From Octopus sinensis (taxonomy: Eukaryota): a DNA stretch of 64,000 bases. Within the stretch, counting starts at the first letter, position 1; each line of letters begins with the position of its first letter. A program made the position numbers and the translations under genes. Below are positions 12,690 to 24,880 of the stretch, piece after piece. The notes below the pieces were generated by a model, which did not search any database, was not told where the DNA came from, and worked only from the letters and a program-made list of their open reading frames with translations. Location of the stretch: positions 558,001 through 622,000 of the forward strand of contig NC_043020.1 in assembly GCF_006345805.1 (NCBI RefSeq). The letters run 5' to 3'.

Positions 12690-12805
12690 TCATCATCATC
12701 ATCATCACATTATTGAACATCCGTTGTCCATGCTGGCATGGGTTGGACGGTTTGACCAGGGCTGGTAAGCTGAGGGGCTGCACAAAACTCCGGTCTGATT
12801 TGGCC
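12690..12805 (-). mobile_element. SINE family C 3' fragment
   Basis: (CAT)n then tgaacatccgttgtccatgctggcatgggttggacgg. Confidence 0.7.
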
Positions 12806-13132
12806 ATATATTACAATATTATAATAGCCAATAATATGTTGTGCGTATATAGTAATATTAGAATCATAATATTAGCATAAGCATATTTCACTCTTTCTCA
12901 CAGAACCTCAGGGTTCCAGGGAACCCTAGTTGAGAAACACTGATCTCATATGTAAGTCCTACAAAGTAGTCAAATATATGACTAATTCAAGTATTTGAAG
13001 GCAGTGTGAGGCAAATTGTGTTATTTCATTCAGTGTTCTAGATGTAGCGAAACTGACCTGTAACATTACACAGTGTGACCACTCTGAAAGTATTTGTATT
13101 TCTTCTCGATAGCCCTCAGACAATATATATAG

Positions 13133-13831
13133 CAACAGTCCCTAATCTTATGAAGGCGGTGAGCTGGCAGAATCATTAGCATGCCAGGTGAAATACTTAC
13201 TGGTATTTCGTCTGCCACCACGTTCTGAGTTCAAATTCTGCCGCGGTCGACTTTGCCTTTCATCCTTTCCGGGTCGATTAAATAAGTACCAGTTACACAC
13301 TGGGTTGATATAATCAACTTCATCCATTTGTCTGTCCTTGTTTGTCCTCTCTGTGTTTAGCCCCTTGTGGGTAGTAAAGAAATAGGTATTTCGTCTGCCG
13401 CAACGTTCTGAGTCCAAATTCCACCGAGGTCGACTTTGCCTTTCATCCTTTCGGGGTCGATAAATTAAGTACCACTTACGCACTGGAGTCGATGTAATCG
13501 ACTTAATCCCTTTGTCAGTCCTTGTTTGTCCCCTTATGGGCAATAATGAAATAAGTCCCTAATTTTTTTTTTGCACCATGGACCAGTTTATACAAGACAA
13601 GCTTTTCACGGACCAGAGGAACGTGCGCATAACATAGCACAATAAAGTACATAATATATAATTTAATTATTGCATATTTAATACACGTACAACACAAAAG
13701 CACTCTGCAGACTGCAATAATCAATAAAAAAGAAATCAAATTTTGAAATTTATTTCTCCTCTGTGGCTTGGTACCAAATGCTCCATATAATCCTGGCACT
13801 GGTCTGCAGCGCATCGATTTGTGATCCCCTG
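13133..13831 (+). mobile_element. hAT-like MITE interrupted near its left end by a SINE B dimer
   Basis: Removing the SINE and one TSD rebuilds caacagtccctaat-ttttttgcaccatggacc. The right end tttgtgatcccctg is a degenerate inverted repeat of a CAG(G/C)GGTCCCCAA-type terminus. Confidence 0.55.
13150..13553 (+). mobile_element. SINE family B head-to-tail dimer inside one TSD
   Basis: Head plus two bodies; junction gaaataggtatttc 13379-13392; TSD agtccctaat at 13137-13146 and 13554-13563. Confidence 0.88.
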
Positions 13832-14016
13832 CCTTGCAGTGTTATCTAGCTATGTCCCTTTGTAGTCTGAATTCCAATCTCACTGAGGCCAGCTTCACCT
13901 TTCATACATCCACTAGGGGTGAGGAACAATAATATAATGTATTTGGGCTGATAAAATATTCCTGTAAGCGTCCAGTTGTGAATGGAAAGAGTAATAAAGA
14001 CTAAAATGCTAAAAGT

Positions 14017-14050
<34 letters not shown>

Positions 14051-14325
14051 AGAACATAGAGAACGTACAGACACGCACAGGCTTTCTAGATAAAATAACA
14101 CTTTAAAGTAACTTTTTGCTAACCTTGCTCCTGTAGAAAATGGAATTTTTTCACTGCAGAGGTTAAGGCCAGACCTAATGAACTTGGCCCTTTGCCTGTT
14201 GAACCTTCAGATAATCTCTTTACCCTCATCAGCGCCTGCAGCTTAAAGGCCACAGAAGCAGCCCCCTGTCTTCCTAACATTTCTCTTCTATCTCTCTCTT
14301 TCTTTCTCTCTCTTTCTCTCTCTAC

Positions 14326-14375
<50 letters not shown>

Positions 14376-14467
14376 TTGTTTTGTTTTATGTTTTTCGACT
14401 CAAAGTAAATCATTATATTATATTATATTGTAAAGATTTGATTTAGATAATTTTTTTAAATATACAA

Positions 14468-14670
14468 TTGTGTGTGTGTCTGTATGAAAGAGTATGTGTG
14501 TGTGCGTGTTGTGTGTGTGTGTGTGTGTATGAAAGAGTATGTGTATGTGTGGTGTGTGTGTGTGTGTGTTGTGTGTGTGTGTGTGTGTATGGAAGAGTAT
14601 GTGTGTGTGTGTATGAAAGAGTATGTGTGTGTGTGTGTGTGTGTGTGTTGTGTGTGTGTGTGTGTGTGAT
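14468..14670. repeat. (TG)n tract with recurring tgtatgaaagagtatg units
   Basis: Four copies of tatg(a/g)aagagtatg embedded in (TG)n. Confidence 0.9.
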
Positions 14671-15048
14671 TAAAGTCTTTTTATCTCCTTTCCACACATT
14701 TGTTTGCATCTGATCTCCACAAAACTTATTGTTGTCTCTTGATATTCCTGTCTTTTCATTTCTTTCTATTCTCCTGTGAATCTTCACAAGAAACTGTGCC
14801 ACCATCACCATTGTCTCAGCGCCTTCATCGTAATCACCATCGTCATTGTCATTACCGTCATCATTGTTCTTATCAGTGGTGTTAGTTAAATTTGTTTGTT
14901 TTTTTCCCTTTTCTCATTCCTCCTCCTCCTACAACTACTACTACTACTACTACTTGTTTTTCTGATCAAGCCTTTACTAGGTCTACACATATAAACACAT
15001 ACACACATACACACATGCCTGCATACATATTCACCCTCATTCTCTCTC

Positions 15049-15080
<32 letters not shown>

Positions 15081-15314
15081 CACGCACATGCATAGTCACA
15101 GACTTACCTATACATATGCACACTACATATATTTATATATATACATATATACATATATATTTATGTATGGTTATGTGTGTGTATATTATATATATATGCA
15201 CACACATACACATATCTACACAAATGCACACCACATATATATGTATGCATATATGTATAGTTGTGTGTATATGTATATATATATACATACACACACACAC
15301 ACACACACATATAT

Positions 15315-15351
<37 letters not shown>

Positions 15352-15988
15352 TAACCCATACATATTTTTCCATTTTCTTTATAATCTTGATTCTTCTGCA
15401 TCTTTGTTCTCTTCCTTCACTCCACCTCACCACCACCACCACCAAAACACCACCACCATCTCCCCAACCCCATCCTCCCACACACTCCAGCCATCATTTT
15501 TTTCTTCTCTCTCCTGTTTTTTTCTTTTATTCCTTCTTATCTGCCACCATCCTTCACAGTTTGTTTTTCCATACAACCAGGACTCAGATCTTTTACTATT
15601 TCATATTTTTTTTCTCTCTCTCTTCAAGTATTTTTTTTTCTTTCTTCAGTTATTTTTTATATATATCGTGAATGTTTTTTTGTTGTTTTTTTTTTCACAC
15701 TTATCCATTATTTGATTCTATCTGTTTCTTTTGGCTATATTATTATTGTCATTTTATGGGAGATCCCTGGCTCCTCCCCCTTCCTTTATTTCTACATCTT
15801 CTTCCACCACTGCTATCATCATTACCATCTCCAACACCACCATCATTACCATCACTGCCACCACCACAACCACCCTCATCATCAACACCCTCAGCACTAC
15901 CACCAAGTGTCCTAGACTACCTTCTCATATGGTGTTCAATAAACATCAGCCTCTTTATTGTTTTATATAACAAATTGGTCTATCTATC

Positions 15989-16019
<31 letters not shown>

Positions 16020-16239
16020 TACAATAAGGGGCTTCCAAATAGGAAAGCCTTGTGCTAGAAAGAGCAGTAGAAAACTCAAAACCACCAAATTGTGCTAGGC
16101 CACTGGTAATAATAATTTCTTATTACCCTATTATTATTTATTATGTTTATATATATATATATATATATCCCTTCCTTAAGGAACAAAGTGAGGGGCTAGA
16201 GACAGAGGAAGGAGGGCTAAGAAAGAAAGGTTAAAAACT

Positions 16240-16862
16240 CAACAGTTTGACCTTGACCTCGAAAGGATGAAAGGTAAATGCAACTAAGGTGGGATTTGAA
16301 CTCAGAACATAAAGACAAATGAAATTCCACTAAGCATTTTGTCCAGTCTGTTATAATAATCCTTTCTATAATAGGCACGAGGCCTGAAATTTGGGGGAGG
16401 GAGATGGTCGATTACATTGACCCCAGTACACAACTGGTACTTAATTTATCGACACCCGAAAGGATGAAAGGCAAAGTCAACCTCGGCTGAATTTGAACTC
16501 AGAATATAAAGACGGACGAACTACCATTAAGCATCTTGCCTGGCATGCTAACGATTCTGCCAGCTCGCCGCCTCCCAGTCTTATAATAATGGTTTCAAAT
16601 TTTGGTTGGAAGCCAGCAACTTTAGGGGAAGTCGGTTAGTTGATTACACTGACTGCCCAGTGCTAATCTGGTACTTTATTTTTGCAACCCTGAAAAAAGA
16701 CGAAAGGCAAAGTCAACCTCGGCGAAGTGTGAACTCAGAGCATAAAATATCACAAGAAATGCTACTGAACATTTTGCCAGCTGGCCACTTAACATGGTTT
16801 TAAATTATGGCACAATGCCAGCAATTTTAGGGGAGGAGGTAAGTCAATTATATCAACCCCTG
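16240..16862 (-). mobile_element. Cluster of 3-4 diverged SINE B-related fragments
   Basis: Repeated aaaggatgaaaggcaaagtcaacctcggc..tttgaactcag and gattacattgaccccagt segments. Confidence 0.7.
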
Positions 16863-17124
16863 TGTGGGGAATATGACTTTGTGTCTATGAAATGACAGTG
16901 GTTACTCTATAACACATTCTGAACATGGGAGATACTACCCCCCAGATACTACATTTTGGAATGCATATTAGGCTTTGTGGGGTAGTAATTAACATACTAT
17001 GGTAATAATCATATTATACATAATCAAAAACTAATAATGGTTATCAAGATATAATGAGGTTTCCTTAAGCACTGGGAGGTCGTTAACTTGCAATGCATAA
17101 AGTAAATTTACAACATTTGTCTTT

Positions 17125-17484
17125 ATTCTTTTATTTGTTTCAGTCATTTGACTGTGGCCATGCTGGAGCACTGCCTTTAGTTGAGCAAATCGACCCCAGG
17201 ACTTATTCTTTGTAAGCCTAGTACTTATTTTATTGGTCTCTCTTGCCGAACCGCTAAGTGATGGGGACGTAAACACACCAGTTGTCAAGCGATGTTGGGG
17301 GACAAACACAGACACACAAACATATATATGATGGGCTTCTTTTCAATTTCTGTCTACCAAATCCACTCACAAGGCTTTGGTCGGACCTAGGCTATAGTAG
17401 AAGACACCTGCCCAAGGTGCCACACACTGGACTGAACCTAGAACCATGTGGTTGGTAAGCAAGCTACTTACCACACAGCCACTA
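17125..17484 (-). mobile_element. SINE family A copy
   Basis: Reverse complement of the family A tail and head. Confidence 0.85.
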
Positions 17485-18092
17485 ACATTTCATTGTTAAA
17501 AGCTTATACAATCCATTCTAAGAGTAACATTTCTAAGTTAGTTTAGTCGTGATACTTCACTTGCTACTTATGTGGGTGCTATGCATAACAACTACTTAAA
17601 GGTAGGATGCTACCAAAAAACAAAAAAACACAGGTTAAGAACTACTGCTCTATAAGAAATGCTGCTTATAGATTCAGGTGAGAGAGTGAGTCTATAGAAG
17701 GGCAGCAGAGCGAATGATCACTCAGATGCAGTAAGCTTATAAGGGAGTATCAAGGTCAGCTATGAGCAACCTGTAGCCTGTGGGACTTTCTGAAATGGCA
17801 TACCTAACAAAAAATTAACTTGAATTTTCTTAGTAGTGTGGCCCACCTGATGGTGAAATAAGTCTTGTGCAACCTGCTTCTTGAAAATGGTTGCTCGTGC
17901 CAGATCTTGGTAGTCATTAGATATGCTAGAAATAGTAGACAAATTCCCTTCAAATGACCACCCAATCATCTTAACATAGGACACATTGAACAATCTTGTC
18001 CTAGTTGTAGCAAAAGTTGTATTCATAGCTGAAGCACTTTGATCATGAGTCTAGTTAGTCAGGGTTTGACGTTGGGCTAAACAACAGAACTG

Positions 18093-18189
18093 CGACAGAC
18101 TGGCGTCCCATCCAGGTGGGGAACCTATATGCCAAGGAGCCGGGAAACCAGCCCTTATGATCCAGGCATGGCTCGAGAAGGAACAAACA
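18093..18189 (+). mobile_element. 5'-truncated SINE (V-domain-like family) with 14-bp TSD
   Basis: gactggcgtcccatccaggtggggaacc matches the 43358 element. TSD aaacaacagaactg at 18079-18092 and 18190-18203. Confidence 0.8.
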
Positions 18190-18857
18190 AAACAACAGAA
18201 CTGACTTGTGATGCAAACTCTGTATTCTCTATGAGCAAAACATGTGACTAGGCTCAACAGCTATTAACCAATGGAATTGGTTAATTGATGTCACAGCTGA
18301 CAAAATGGTGCCTCTCTATGCAAAGACCCAGTTGTTTGTGACACATTTATATAAATCACCACTTACTGTTTGTGAGTTCAAATCTTGCCATGGTATTGGT
18401 ATATTCTTTCAGTCTATTTCCATGAGTTTGGTAAAAACAGATCTTAGTAATAGTTTATTTCTGAAATTCTCATCGAGATTTCTACCTTTAGCCAAAACAA
18501 ATCATATCTAGTGGAATAAATTGATTTGCTATATTGGTACATGGAAGAGCAGACGTCTTATGCTTTGAGACGTGTTCTTTATTAGACATCTGCATTAGTT
18601 TCTTTGGATACTTCTGTTTATTTCAACCATACCTATCCAATAATAATATCATCATCAATTTCACGTTGATAATATTTAACAATTCTTCCTCTGTATTTAC
18701 TAATCCCTGATGTATGAGCCAGCAGTGGAGTTTCTACGTGATCACATGACTTGTGAGAAATAACACCCAAATTTCCCTCAAATCTCACCCTACCATTCTA
18801 AAAAACAAAAAAAAAAAGGGGGGCACACTGGATAGAGTTGTTCTAGGTCCAGTATGC

Positions 18858-19616
18858 CTAACTCTTTAGCATTTAAATTGGCCACCATTCAAGCATGATC
18901 ATTACCAGCATTGCCTTACTGCACCATTCGAGCCTTACTGGCAATTGTGCCAGTGGCACATAAAAAGACATTCAAGTGAGGTCGTTGCCAGTGCCGCTAG
19001 ACTGGCTCCTGTGCAGGTGGCTCATAAAAACCACCATTTGAGCATGGCTGTTGCCAGTACCACCTGACTGGCCCTTGTGCCAGTGGCACATAAAAGCACC
19101 CACTACACTCTCAGAGTGGTTGGCATTAGGAAGGGCATCCAGCAGTAGAAACTCTTCCAGATCAAGATTGGAGCCTGGTGCAGCCATCTGGTTCACCAGA
19201 ACTCAGTCAAATCGTCCTACCCATGCTAGCATGAAGCGAACATTAAACGATGATGATGATGATGATGTTGAAGTGAACTAATGGTTTTTGTGTGTTTCTT
19301 AAATGTCTTATAAACACCTTCCATGCTGCAATTGTTTACATTCCAGCACACGATCTCAGATCAGGTCACTTGCTATGCAAGTACATCTCCGTAAATTGAT
19401 GATGATGATGATGATATGAGGCCTAGATATTCTACCTGTTTTATGTTCAAACTAGTAATTCTTAACTTCTCATACCTACCTTACAGTGTCATATCAAAAA
19501 CAAGCAATCACATTATTGAAATCTCAAAACTATGAAATAATGCATGATTAACTCAAAACAATGAGAATGAATCAGAATTACATTTGAGAGAGTAACATGG
19601 AATGCTAAATGGCTAA
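18858..19616 (+). mobile_element. TTAA-type MITE (family 2) split by about 530 bp of nested SINE C sequence
   Basis: Left end ctaactctttagcatttaaattggcca (18858) and body/right end at 19419-19616 match intact copies at 39132 and 47587; family C sequence lies at about 18930-19400. Confidence 0.65.
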
Positions 19617-19856
19617 AAAGGAAAAATAAGTTTGTCACACGTTGTCTTTGAGTATAGGTCTGCTGGATCAGGTTTACCATGGAAGCTATGCACCAGCTGT
19701 TGTTTCTGTGGTCAATGCATATAAATGAATGCAAAACCATTATTCACTCTTTGACTGGACACACATTTAACTGCATGTAAATACATTACTGCTCTATTCT
19801 TTAGAATATGCTTTTTTTTCCGGATATATGATCCACTGAAGATACATGTATATAAG

Positions 19857-19894
19857 GATAAGATCGTTAATTTAAATTAAATAACGATCTTATC
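19857..19894. repeat. Perfect 13-bp inverted repeat with 12-nt spacer
   Basis: gataagatcgtta (19857-19869) / taacgatcttatc (19882-19894). Confidence 0.95.
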
Positions 19895-19941
19895 AAGTAG
19901 CCAGCATGGAAATAAAATCCTTCAAAGGTAATAACTATTAT

Positions 19942-20218
19942 TAAAATTATAACTTAGGGTGTCTACGAGATACTGCCATGCTGAAAGTAGCAGCCAGGAT
20001 CTGACTCTAAAATCACATTAAGTGTTCATATAGCAGAGGGAGAGATGACAAAAAGACAAAATAAAACTAGTAATTATCCAGTAATTTTTTGCTAGTTTAT
20101 TTGTCTTTTTGTCTTCTCTCCTTGTGTTATATGAATATTTAATGTGGTCTTAGAGTCAGTTCCTGGCTGCTATTTTCAGCATGGCGGTATCTCGTAGATA
20201 CCCTAAGTTATAATTTTA
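19942..20218. repeat. Long imperfect inverted repeat (about 128-bp arms, 21-nt spacer); fold-back/MITE-like
   Basis: Left arm 19942-20070 taaaattataacttagggtgtctacgag...aaactag; right arm 20092-20218 is its reverse complement with scattered mismatches. Confidence 0.92.
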
Positions 20219-20234
20219 TATATATATGTGTGTA

Positions 20235-20298
<64 letters not shown>

Positions 20299-20329
20299 AG
20301 AAAATGGAGAAGCAATATGTAGTGGATAC

Positions 20330-20530
20330 TTATCTGTGTTTGTTCCCCCAACATTGCTTGGCAACCGATGCTGGTGTGTTTACGTCCCTGTAACTTAGCA
20401 GTTCGGCAAAAGAGACCAATAGAATAAGTACTAGGCTTACAAAGAATAAGTCCTGGGGTCGATTTGCTCAACTAAAGGCAGTGCTCCAGCATGACCGCAG
20501 TCAAATGACTGAAACAAGAAAAAGAAAAGA
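20330..20530 (+). mobile_element. SINE family A 3' half
   Basis: tttgttcccccaacattgcttggcaaccgatgctgg...gactgaaacaagaaaaag. Confidence 0.82.
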
Positions 20531-21868
20531 ACAAAAGAATGTGTGTGTAAGGTATTAAAATTGTATTGTGAACTTATAATGAAGAGTTGAAGATTCAACA
20601 GTGCTTCTTTAGAGAAAAGGCTGAAAGGAGAGAGATGAATAGGAAACAGCAGAGGATTTAAGTCAGTGGATGTAAATCTCTCCTGTCTCTCATCCATTTC
20701 TCACCTTTCAACTTTTCACCTGAAGAAAGACCGTGTCCGAAACGTTGGATTCTTCACTTGTCACTGTGAGTTCACTGAACTTTTTCCATCGATTTTACTA
20801 CAAAATATAAGTCTTGCTGTCACGGAGCAACGCCAGCCTTATTGGATTCTGTTTGATCATACACGAACACACACATATATATATATATACATAGCTGCAT
20901 CCTAACAAGTAAACATATATTCATGCACACACACAGACACACACTTCTGTCCTTTCTATAACAAATATAACTTATTAATTCTACAGAAATCTTGTGATAA
21001 AAAGGCAAAAATGTTCAAATGAAATAGAAATCGGAACAACAAGAAAAAAAAAAGAAGTTTTTACCGAAAATAAAATTGACAATTCTATTAATCATTTTTA
21101 ACATTTGTCAGACATATCTGAGAAAAGAGTTCAAAACAACTATCTTCATTAATTTTCATCTCAATTTATCAGGAAAGAAAATCAAATTTCAGTCACATCA
21201 AATACAATTTGTATTCAGCGGAAGAAGAATGATAGGGAAATTCAATTAAAGTTGTCAGTTGTCAACTTGTTGAAGAACAACTAAATGTGTGTTTATGTTT
21301 GTGTGATGATGAACGTGTGTTTATGTGTGTGTATGTATATATATGTATGTACATACGTATATAATGTTGTATGTGTATTGGTGATGATGATACCCCAGTC
21401 AGCAAGGAAGGTAGACACAATGAATATACTGCGGCGATGCGATATAAAAAGCTTGAAAGCGAATTTTAAGCGAGGCTATTTTCAAAGAACACTTTTATTC
21501 ATTTATCCACAAGGCTAGTGTGGTGGGTGGGTAGAGAAGCAGCGAACCATGTACAGAACAAAGTGTCAGGAGCCAAGTTCAAATCCCTTTAAATTTGACC
21601 TAAGCCCCCCTTGTTCCAGCAGTTGGGAAACATTAATTGATTACATCGGTTCCCATTAAAAGGAATTATTTACAATGACTGTCACTAAAAGACAACCTAA
21701 CAGAAGCTGATTAAACTCTCAGAAGACTACTGAGTTTGTGATTTCTAAGTCGTTGCAGATAATTTAGTCTTCCATACGATAAAACTGAAACTACAACCAG
21801 TAAGGGAGCTGTTATGTAACCTGCTAGAGATAGCAGCCAAATACCCTTCAAATCAGAACTTATTGTCT

Positions 21869-22087
21869 TTAACTCTTTTGTTACTGTATTTATTTTGGGA
21901 TGCTCTGTGTTTCTTTCAATTACTTTAAATAAAGCAAAGAATTTAGTAAAATAACTTAGTTATCATTAGTGTTAGGAACATAAATTGTGACTAAGGTTGA
22001 AGATTTTAATTCAAAACTTATGAAAACAAGACATTTGTACTACAGAACCAGATGCGGTTTTGGCTGGGTTGGTATCAAAAGGGTTAA
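21869..22087 (+). mobile_element. TTAA-flanked MITE family 1 (piggyBac-like ends)
   Basis: ttaactcttttgtta ... tatcaaaagggttaa; TTAA at both ends. Confidence 0.8.
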
Positions 22088-22202
22088 GAGAAGCTATTTA
22101 AGGAAGAAAGAATGATTTTATTACTGCTAGGTCATCTTCACCTTTCATATCTTCAACATCAATACTAATGGGACCTGTGGGAATTCCACAGAGTGATAAA
22201 GA

Positions 22203-22435
22203 TTAACCCTTTTGTTACCGTGTTTCTGTTGAGATGCTCTGTGTTTCTTTCAATTTATTTTAAATATAACAAAGAATTTAGTAAAATAACTTAGTTCTCA
22301 TTAAGCTAGCTAGTGTTAGGAACATAAATTGTGACTAAGGTTTGGTGGAAGATTTTAATTCAAAACTTATGAAGACAAGACATTTGTACTCAGTGCCAGA
22401 GCCGGTTTCAGCTGGGTTGGTATTGAAAGGGTTAA
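22203..22435 (+). mobile_element. TTAA-flanked MITE family 1, second copy
   Basis: ttaacccttttgttacc ... tattgaaagggttaa; body matches 21869. Confidence 0.85.
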
Positions 22436-22504
22436 AGAAAAATAGCAAAGCCAATGGATCAAGGGTGCTTCTGTTTAACCTGCTAGAAATTGCAATCAAA
22501 TTAA

Positions 22505-22860
22505 TTCCAGGTTTAGCCCCACTGCATGGCACCTTGGACAAATGTCTTCTATTATAGCCTTGGGTTGACAAAAGCCTTGTGAATGGATTTGGTAGATGGA
22601 AACTGAAAGAAGCTTGTCATGTATATGTATGTACATGTGTGTGTGTGTGTCTTCATATTTGTTTGTCCCCCACTGCCGCTTAACAACTAGTGATGGTGTG
22701 TTCATGTCTATGTAACTTAGCGGTTCGGCAAAAGAAACCAATAGAATAAATACTGGGCTTTAAAAAATAAGTACTGGGGTTAATTTGTTTGACTTAAGTT
22801 CTTCAGGGTAGTGCCCCAGCATGGCCACCATCTAATGACTGAAACAAGTAAATAAAAATA
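22505..22860 (+). mobile_element. SINE family A copy, 5'-truncated
   Basis: ccactgcatggcaccttggacaaatgtcttc ... gactgaaacaagtaaa. Confidence 0.8.
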
Positions 22861-23570
22861 CTTTGTTTTTGAAGAAAAAAAAAGAAGACTGCGTGATCAG
22901 ATTTGGAATGTATTTCATCATAAATATGTTTAATCAAGATGGACCTGTAATAAACAATACTGATTACTAAACCTAATTACTTTAATTACTAAATCTAAAA
23001 CAAACCCCTATTTTGGTCAGTACAGAGTATAAATCGCATAAGGATTATCATTATGTTTAGGGAAGTGTTTTATACAAACACAGAAAATGAGAGAAATGTA
23101 CCTTTTTTGAAGAGAGATATTTTTGAGATTGTAAGAAATTCTGTTGGAGAGTTTGACAAGTTCTTTTAGCTTGAGGAATAAATAGTTTAACACATTGGAT
23201 CTTGTTTCTGAGAGGGTGGAGAAATGAAACGGATACTGTTGCAGGCTCGTAAACAAAACAAAAAATTCTTAATGATGAAATGGTGTCAATTATTTGTCCA
23301 TATGCCTATATATGATATATTGATAATTTATATAATATGATACTGACAAGCAGTCTAATGATTTACAGGGTCTATTAACCAGCATCTCAAAGTATTTTAT
23401 ATATAGAATTACTAGCACGTGCAGTCATATATATATATCACTTATGTACTTAGTGTTATGAAGAAATTTCAGGAGTGCTTTTTTTTTTTTTTCCATTTCT
23501 AGCAAGGGGTGGAAAGTTTGCTAGGAGTTACATATACTTTTAATATCAGTTTAACTCTGCTCCATATGTC

Positions 23571-23800
23571 TTAACCCCTTCAATACCAACCTGGCTGAAA
23601 CCACCTCTGGCTCTGTAGTACAAATGTTTTGTTTTCAAAAGTTTTGAATTAAAATCTTCCACCAAACCTTAGTCACAATTTATGTTCCTAACACTAGCTT
23701 AATGATAATTAAGTTATTTTACTAAATTCTTTGTTATATTTAGAATTAATTGAAAGGAACACAGAGCGTCTCAAAATGAATACAGTAATGAAAGGTTTGA
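23571..23800 (-). mobile_element. TTAA-flanked MITE family 1, inverted copy
   Basis: ttaaccccttcaataccaacctggctgaaacc... is the reverse complement of the 22203 copy. Confidence 0.82.
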
Positions 23801-23859
23801 AGTTTTGTGGGCACTCAGAGCACACCTATCAAATTGTTACTAAATATGTATCTATGTTG

Positions 23860-24128
23860 CCAGCCTCGCCTGGCCCCCGTGCCGGTGGCACATAAAAAGC
23901 ACCATCCGACCATGGCTGTTTGCCAGCCCCATCTGGCACCTGTGCCAGTGGCACGTAAAAAGCACCCACTACACTCACGGAGTGATTGGCGTTAGGAAGG
24001 GCATCCAGCTGTAGAAACACTGCCAGATCAGACTGGAGCCTGGTGCAACCTTCTGGCCTCCCAGACCCCAGTTGAACCGTCCAACCCATGCTAGCATGGA
24101 AAGCGGACGCTAAATGATGATGATGATG
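23860..24128 (+). mobile_element. SINE family C copy
   Basis: gtggcacataaaaagcacc modules, ggcgttaggaagggcatccagc, (GAT)n tail. Confidence 0.85.
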
Positions 24129-24699
24129 TATCATTGTATCATAATCATTATTTCTTGTCTGCTTTCCATGTAGGCATAGGTTTACCAGATTGCCACAGTC
24201 TGAGTGGCTTCCCATTAAGCGCTAATGCTTGTATATGTCCCTTGGTTTGGTTTCTATTGCTGGAGGCCCTTCCTAATGCCAACCACTTTACAGAGTGTAA
24301 TGGGTACATTTTCTTGTGGGTGCCAGCATTAAGAGAAGTTGAATGGAACTTGGTGAGACAGGATTTGAGGGACCTCAGAACGCTAAACTTTTTTTCTGTT
24401 CATACTGCATGAACTGTGGAGGGAACAATACAGTAAAACCAGAAATGGGTACTTGTGATGTAGAGAGAGAGAGTAGTGACAACAGCAGAAGAACCAGAAT
24501 AGATGAGAGGATGGAAGAAGCAAGAATATGATGAGGAGATGGCAGAGATGATGTTGGAATAATGTCAACTCTGAAAGACTCCATCACTTAGCTACGTTTC
24601 TCAATGCTGGGAACATTGTGTAATTGATCAGTGTTTTAGCTTGCAGTATTGATCTCGCATTGCTTCATATGCAACACCTACGAGAGATCCCTGTTCAGT

Positions 24700-24788
24700 C
24701 TATTGTGGTGGTGACGATGATGATGGGTGTATCTTTCTCAGCTGCTTAACATCAAGAGAAAAACGGAGATATTCTTTGTCACAATGCT
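24700..24788 (-). CDS. Putative terminal coding exon (exon D) of an unidentified minus-strand gene: (E)HCDKEYLRFSLDVKQLRKIHPSSSSPPQ*
   Basis: Acceptor cttttcttcctttttaccaaaagctttcag (AG at 24790-24789). The phase required by exon C gives the longest open frame; TAG at 24702-24700. Confidence 0.55.
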
Positions 24789-24880
24789 CTGAAAGCTTTT
24801 GGTAAAAAGGAAGAAAAGTGAGAAATGGGTTATCTGTCAATTGTTGCTTCTTAAAGTTTCCAAACATAAAATATTCTTAC

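Noticed and set aside
17760-18026. 88-aa minus-strand ORF of ordinary composition
   Set aside because: It contains the gatgat..atttga..gctatttctagc repeat tail also seen at about 25410, 35580 and 45500; repeat-derived.
23099-23245. Minus-strand open frame YPFHFSTLSETRSNVLNYLFLKLKELVKLSNRISYNLKNISLQKR ending at AAG|GTACAT
   Set aside because: No recognisable homology, and it lies downstream of the predicted stop; it cannot be linked to other exons.
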